From: Candidatus Thorarchaeota archaeon
Lineage (GTDB): Archaea; Asgardarchaeota; Thorarchaeia; Thorarchaeales; Thorarchaeaceae
Assembly (NCBI GenBank): GCA_016933575.1
Contig: JAFGAR010000004.1
Coordinates: forward strand, 1-64,000
DNA length: 64,000 nucleotides
Direction: 5' to 3'
Part shown: positions 59,004 to 64,000 of the stretch, piece by piece
Numbering within the stretch: the stretch's first letter is position 1
Layout: each line of letters begins with the position of its first letter
Notes under the pieces: generated by a model
Databases searched by the model: none
Told to the model about the DNA's origin: nothing
The model's input: only the letters and a program-made list of their open reading frames with translations
Program-made: the position numbers and the translations under genes

Positions 59004-60179
59004 TCAGTAGAGAGAGTCGTAATCCATATCATGTGAGATAGTAGGATGCAATGATGAAAAATATCCGTACCCATAGAATCGTATACCATACCGGCGTAGA
59101 AAATCACGGATGTCATGTACAAGAGGTGTCAGATTACCAGTTATTTTCAGTGTTTCAACATTCATCACAACTGTGCCAGGTTTCTTACTCTCGCCTCTGA
59201 AGGTGAGAAGAATATTAGCATCGCCTGCAAAGGCTTTTGGAGGAACTTGGGGTCCTCTAAAATATGAAAGGACAATCTTTTCAGAGCCATGTGTCATTTC
59301 AAAAAGAATACCTCTTTCTTCCTCAACAACTCGGGTGACATCAAAGCCTTTGTCAATGAGTAGGGGTCTGTAGGTCTGCAAGATTTCTATCATCAATTTG
59401 TCTTGTTGCTCTTCAGAGATTGGAGTGGGATAATCAGTCTTGATTACCTTGGCGGGAATTCCTACAGCAACACATCGTGGAGGCAGTGATCTTGAAACAA
59501 TTGCGCCAGCTCCGATAGTAGTACGCTCACCAATCTCAACGCCGGGTAGTATTGTTGCCCGCATTCCAATGATTACCCAGTCATGGATAGTAATGGAGGC
59601 GTATGTGGCGGAATATCCCTCAAGGACTGATTGCCAATAACCATGAGTTATGAGGATGACATCTGGGCTTAATCCAACATCGTTACCAATTGATACTGGT
59701 TTTGCTAGATTGATGAAATTGTTGTGCATTGTACAACGGTCGCCCACAGTTAGAATTGCATCAGGTTCGTTTCTACCTCCACCACCTACACGAAAACCGT
59801 TCGTAATGAAGACATCATCGCCAAGCGTTACCTCACGACCACGTATATGCGCCTGATTACCAATACGAGATGTCTTTCCCATCTTGAAGAGTGAATAGGG
59901 TTGGATATCGTTGTTGTTACCAATGCTAGATTCAAATCCAAGTTCGATCTGATTGCATCGAAGCATACAATTCGAACCAATCTTCACATCAGAATCTAAT
60001 ACTAGATTCTTTGTGAATATTTTGGTATTGGGTCCTATTTGGACTGCGTCACCAATCTTGATTTTTTTGGCAACAATCTGCGCAGTCTCGTGGATTACAA
60101 CACTTTTTCCAATATCCGCACCTTTGTTGACTAATTCAGCAACTCTGTCGACTGGTTTTTGACTCAAGCCCCACCACAT
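59004..60179 (-). CDS. Hexapeptide-repeat (left-handed beta-helix) acyltransferase with extra C-terminal domain
   Basis: Long [LIV]-G-x4 repeat series, ITH, ILPGVEIG, VGIPAKVIK. Confidence 0.85.
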   Translation of the reverse strand: MWWGLSQKPVDRVAELVNKGADIGKSVVIHETAQIVAKKIKIGDAVQIGPNTKIFTKNLVLDSDVKIGSNCMLRCNQIELGFESSIGNNNDIQPYSLFKMGKTSRIGNQAHIRGREVTLGDDVFITNGFRVGGGGRNEPDAILTVGDRCTMHNNFINLAKPVSIGNDVGLSPDVILITHGYWQSVLEGYSATYASITIHDWVIIGMRATILPGVEIGERTTIGAGAIVSRSLPPRCVAVGIPAKVIKTDYPTPISEEQQDKLMIEILQTYRPLLIDKGFDVTRVVEEERGILFEMTHGSEKIVLSYFRGPQVPPKAFAGDANILLTFRGESKKPGTVVMNVETLKITGNLTPLVHDIRDFLRRYGIRFYGYGYFSSLHPTISHDMDYDSLY

Positions 60180-60184
60180 CCTTA

Positions 60185-60931
60185 CTAGAAATACAGTCCA
60201 CCATTAACATGTATGACCTGTCCGGTGATGTACGATGCCTCCGGAGAGGCAAGAAACCCAATTGCTGCGGCTACCTCTTCGGGTCGTCCGAACCTTCCTA
60301 TTGGTATCTGTTGGATTAGATCTTGTTGCATCTTCTCTGGTAGACGCTGACCCATACCAATATCGATGTAACCTGGCGCAACTGCATTTGCAGTGATCTC
60401 ATACCGAGCTACTTCCAAAGCAAGAGACTTGGTAAAGCCAATAATTCCCGACTTTGCTGCGGCATAATTTGATGCACCAAATGCGCCAGTGAATCCCGTT
60501 ATTGAACTGATATTGATAATTCGCCCCCAACCACTTTCACGCATGAGAGGAATTACTTCTCGAGCACAACTAAATGCGCCAGTGAGACATACATTCAGAA
60601 CTTGATTCCAGGTTTCATCACTCATCTTCCGTATTGTAGCGTCAATATTGATTGCTGCATTATGGACAAGAATATCAACAGAACCCAATTCAGAAGTGAC
60701 TGACTGGAACATATGATGCACTTCAGAAGGATTAGCAATATCAGCTTTAATTGGAAATGCCTTATTGCCAAGATTCTGTATCTCTTTGCAGACTTCTTTA
60801 GCACCTTTAGCGGATGCATTATAGTTTACCGCTACATTAGCTCCCATCTTTGCCAGGTACAAGGCGATTGCCCGTCCAAGGGATTTTCCCGCACCTGTGA
60901 CAAGGACTGTCTTTCCATCTAGTTTCTGCAA
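60185..60931 (-). CDS. FabG/PhaB-like 3-oxoacyl reductase (SDR)
   Basis: TGAGKSLG, NISS, YAAAK, VAPGYI, GRFGRPEEVA. Confidence 0.9.
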   Translation of the reverse strand: MQKLDGKTVLVTGAGKSLGRAIALYLAKMGANVAVNYNASAKGAKEVCKEIQNLGNKAFPIKADIANPSEVHHMFQSVTSELGSVDILVHNAAINIDATIRKMSDETWNQVLNVCLTGAFSCAREVIPLMRESGWGRIINISSITGFTGAFGASNYAAAKSGIIGFTKSLALEVARYEITANAVAPGYIDIGMGQRLPEKMQQDLIQQIPIGRFGRPEEVAAAIGFLASPEASYITGQVIHVNGGLYF

Positions 60932-61074
60932 AACATTCTCCTCACCGAAGGGTAGTTAACAGTAATGTTGATGTTTCGGATAGGCAAACTACAAAAAGAT
61001 TATGGACTATCTACAATTGACTGTCTATCTTAGATGAGCTTACCTATTTAACAGATTCAGCAGGTGCTGGAAGT

Positions 61075-61710
61075 ATGAACTTCAAAAATGTCTTACTCAT
61101 ATCTGCGCATCCTGATGATGCAGAAATTGGAGCGGGAGGAACCATTGCATTCTTGGCACATCGAGGTGCACAGATAGACCATCTAGTCTTTAGTCAGTGT
61201 ACAAAGAGCTTGCCAACAGGGATTACACAGGATCAACTACTTGATGAATGTCGAGCCGCCGACAAGATACTTGGTATCCAAGATACAGAGATTCTGGATT
61301 ATCCTGTTCGAAGGTTCAATGAATATCGCCAAGAGATTCTCGATATCCTGTGGCAAAAACGTCAACAAAAATATGATCTGATACTATGTCACTGGCCAAA
61401 TGATACTCATCAAGACCATCAACAACTAGCTAATGAGGTTGTACGAGCTTGGAAACGTGCCCTACCAACAATTCTATTTTATGAGATTCCAGCGAATTGT
61501 ATGGGATTTGCTCCAAACTACTTCTTCATACTTTCAGAGAGAGAAGTCGAAACCAAACTTAATGCACTCAATGAATATCAGAGTCAAGTTATACGAACAC
61601 CAGAATATTTCTCATTGGATAAATTCCGAGCTGTTCTAACCTACACAGGAATGCTTGTTGGCGAGAAATATGCTGAAGGATTCGTAATGCACACTAGCAC
61701 TATCCGATAA
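61075..61710 (+). CDS. PIG-L/LmbE-family deacetylase
   Basis: AHPDDAE, DTHQDH, YQSQ, YAEGF. Confidence 0.88.
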   Translation: MNFKNVLLISAHPDDAEIGAGGTIAFLAHRGAQIDHLVFSQCTKSLPTGITQDQLLDECRAADKILGIQDTEILDYPVRRFNEYRQEILDILWQKRQQKYDLILCHWPNDTHQDHQQLANEVVRAWKRALPTILFYEIPANCMGFAPNYFFILSEREVETKLNALNEYQSQVIRTPEYFSLDKFRAVLTYTGMLVGEKYAEGFVMHTSTIR

Positions 61711-61833
61711 TGCAGAGAGAACAAGAGGTTGCGATTCCAAATAACACAGTCGAACGATATTTTTGGTTTTGACAAAAGCTCTTAAACTGGGATAGCAAGG
61801 ACCCAACATGCAAAACCGGAGGGACCTCTAAGA

Positions 61834-62937
61834 ATGCTCGTTTCAATCGTTACTGGAACAAGGCCGCAGATAATCAAATCAGCCCCTGTCATTCATGCAA
61901 TGAGACAACAAGGTGTTGATTATGAGTTCGTTCATACAGGGCAACATTATGACTTTGAACTAGCGCAATCATTTGTCAATGATTTTGATCTGAGTAAACC
62001 ATTCAATCTTCACGTCGGGTCTGGAGATTATTGCTATCAAGTCTATTCGACCATTGAACGTCTGTCGGATCATTACCAAAAAAATCGCCCAGATATTATG
62101 ATTGTTCCAGGAGATACAACCTCTGCTCTGGGTGCGTCTATGGTTGGGTTCAAGATGGAGATTCCCGTATGTCATCTTGAGTCAGGTCTTCGAAGATACG
62201 ATCTTACAGTTCAAGAGGAACTTAACAGAAGACTAATTGACCATGGTTCATCCGCCCTATTTGCGCCTACACCTACAGCTGCAGAGAATCTCGAACTTGA
62301 ACGAGTACAAGGAGAAGTGTACATGCTAGGTGATACAATGTATGATGTGCTCAAGAATCGGATGAAGATCTTTCTAGACCCACCATTTCAGGAAGAAGTG
62401 CTCTCAAAATACAATGTATCAACTGGAGATTATGCGATAATGACATTTCATCGAAGAGAGCATGTCGATGTCAAATCCAATCTTGAGCAAATTGTCAATG
62501 CTATCAATCAATTAGAGTTTCCAATTATCCTGGCAATGCATCCGAGAACAAAAAAGAACCTTATCGATGCCCATCTCGAGTTGAAGAGTCCGAATCTGCG
62601 TGTCGTTGCTCCACTTCCATATGATGAATTCATGTGCTTGATGGCAAATGCTGGTCTTGCAATCTCTGACTCGGGGGGTATACAGAAGGAGAGTTACATT
62701 CTTGGAACCCCACTTGTTTCACTGCATAATTGCACAGAATGGGTTGAAACTCTGAAATATGGTAAACATAGATTGGGTGAGCTAAAAACTGACCGAATTC
62801 TGAATGACTGCAAAGACCTTTTTGGAAAGAGGTATGAGAGTGACCCTTCAGTTTATGGGGATGGAAAATCAGCGGAGAAGATACTACCAATACTCCTCTC
62901 TGGTGAAGTGAAAATCCCAACAAAACTTCGTTATTGA
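61834..62937 (+). CDS. wecB: UDP-N-acetylglucosamine 2-epimerase (non-hydrolysing)
   Basis: GTRPQIIK, HTGQHYD, GDT, HLESGLR, HRRE, DSGGIQKE, YGDG. Confidence 0.92.
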   Translation: MLVSIVTGTRPQIIKSAPVIHAMRQQGVDYEFVHTGQHYDFELAQSFVNDFDLSKPFNLHVGSGDYCYQVYSTIERLSDHYQKNRPDIMIVPGDTTSALGASMVGFKMEIPVCHLESGLRRYDLTVQEELNRRLIDHGSSALFAPTPTAAENLELERVQGEVYMLGDTMYDVLKNRMKIFLDPPFQEEVLSKYNVSTGDYAIMTFHRREHVDVKSNLEQIVNAINQLEFPIILAMHPRTKKNLIDAHLELKSPNLRVVAPLPYDEFMCLMANAGLAISDSGGIQKESYILGTPLVSLHNCTEWVETLKYGKHRLGELKTDRILNDCKDLFGKRYESDPSVYGDGKSAEKILPILLSGEVKIPTKLRY

Positions 62938-63064
62938 AGACTATAGTCAGAGCTAATGATACCTATGGGAAATATTGTAAGTGTAGTATATCAGGCGATT
63001 ATTGAGAAAAGACAAGTTCTATTATGTTCTTTGTAAATTGGAAAATCGTCAGGTGATAATTGAG

Positions 63065-64000
63065 ATGGTATTCGATACCCCAAATTCTAAGATCGTTTGT
63101 ACAATAGGTCCAGCTTCTAAATCAAAAGAAGTATTGACCAAGATGATAGAAGCAGGAATGGATGTTGCTAGGCTCAATCTATCACATGGTGACCATGATA
63201 CTGTAAGAACCACGTTCAATACAATTCGTTCCATCGATGATACGGTCCCGATTCTCTTTGATCTGCAAGGACCCAAGATTCGTATAGGTGAGATGACAGA
63301 ACCTGCCACTCTTGTATCAGGAAGTGAGTTCATACTCTCAACTGATGAGTTTGTAGGTGATGGGTCAAGAGTATCGATCTCATACAAGGACCTTCCAAAG
63401 GATGTGAAGAAGGGAAATATCATCGCCCTCAATGATGGAATCATACGATTGAGAGTCAAGACGATAAAGAAGAATGATGTCATCACAGAAGTTGTTCATG
63501 GAGGGCCAATCTCTAGCAGAAAGGGAGCAAACATTCCCGGTATCAAACTTTCATGCAAGGTGCCGACGACTGAAGACCTCCGAGATCTGGATCTTGCCGC
63601 TGAACTTGAGCCAGACTTCATTGCACTCTCATTCGTCACAGAGGCTGATGATGTCAAGAGACTGAGGTGGGCAATGGAATCACGAGGTCTTGAGAATGCA
63701 AGTATAATCAGTAAGATCGAGCACAGACTTGCTATCAAGAACTTTGATGCAATCCTTGAGGCTTCGGATGGTGTCATGGTTGCGCGGGGTGATCTAGGAA
63801 TAGAAGTTCCAATCGAAGATGTTCCTATACTCCAACGCGAATTGATACGTAAAGCGAACATGTGGGCAAAGCCTGTAATTGTAGCAACGCACATGCTTGA
63901 GTCGATGACCGAAGAAGTGGTGCCAACGAGAGCGGAAGTGAGCGATGTCGCTCATGCTATTCTTGAACGGGCAGATGCAGTTATGTTGAGCGGAGAAACA
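63065..64000 (+). CDS. pyk: Pyruvate kinase (3' end beyond the window; absent from the ORF track)
   Basis: Manual translation from ATG 63065: MVFDTPNSKIVCTIGPAS...ARLNLSHG...DLQGPKIR...MVARGDLG...AVMLSGET. Confidence 0.96.
   Translation, partial: MVFDTPNSKIVCTIGPASKSKEVLTKMIEAGMDVARLNLSHGDHDTVRTTFNTIRSIDDTVPILFDLQGPKIRIGEMTEPATLVSGSEFILSTDEFVGDGSRVSISYKDLPKDVKKGNIIALNDGIIRLRVKTIKKNDVITEVVHGGPISSRKGANIPGIKLSCKVPTTEDLRDLDLAAELEPDFIALSFVTEADDVKRLRWAMESRGLENASIISKIEHRLAIKNFDAILEASDGVMVARGDLGIEVPIEDVPILQRELIRKANMWAKPVIVATHMLESMTEEVVPTRAEVSDVAHAILERADAVMLSGET

Noticed and set aside
63049-63894. Minus-strand ORFs of 145 and 132 aa at the window end
   Set aside because: Antisense shadows of pyruvate kinase, which the ORF track missed because its stop lies outside the window
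1-64000. Numerous short ORFs antisense to or overlapping long CDS (e.g. 7661-8152, 15511-15930, 21315-21872, 38096-38608, 54348-54830)
   Set aside because: Shadow frames of well-supported genes; Ser-rich, unnatural composition and no motifs
1-64000. tRNA, rRNA, CRISPR array or IS element
   Set aside because: No T-loop/cloverleaf pattern, regularly spaced nucleotide repeats or transposase seen by eye; a tRNAscan/Infernal run would be needed for certainty

Overview
Chromosomal window from an archaeon, almost certainly an Asgard archaeon and probably Thorarchaeia. The class assignment is an inference from gene-family style, not a marker-gene test. Archaeal/Asgard evidence: a Rab-like small GTPase, A/V-type ATP synthase subunits, archaeal-type phosphoglycerate mutase and TrmI. 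About 50 CDS are densely packed. I saw no rRNA, tRNA, CRISPR array or transposase. Main blocks: (1) mixed metabolic/repair genes and a Rab-like GTPase (0.5-10.5 kb); (2) a 2076-aa membrane-anchored surface protein with Ca-binding DxDxDG repeats, a fascin-like beta-trefoil, a toxin-like hydrophobic helical region, NHL repeats and a juxtamembrane H-L-S motif (10.8-17 kb); (3) glmM, a 135-aa coiled-coil/Pro-rich protein ending in an Ena/VASP-like actin-binding helix, and a bshB-bshA-bshC bacillithiol-type cluster (18-23.6 kb); (4) pyrF, a HerA/DUF87-type ATPase, trmI and a large alpha-solenoid protein; (5) a split, mixed-orientation A-ATPase membrane/stator cluster (I, H, E, K, C) with an AtpZ-like neighbour; (6) larA, an FGGY kinase and the membrane arm only of a complex I-like enzyme; (7) nucleotide-sugar modification genes interleaved with apgM, eno and a window-truncated pyk. 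The most promising novelties are the VASP/WH2-like protein, the giant surface protein and the archaeal bacillithiol cluster. All family calls are by eye from motifs; no database search was run.
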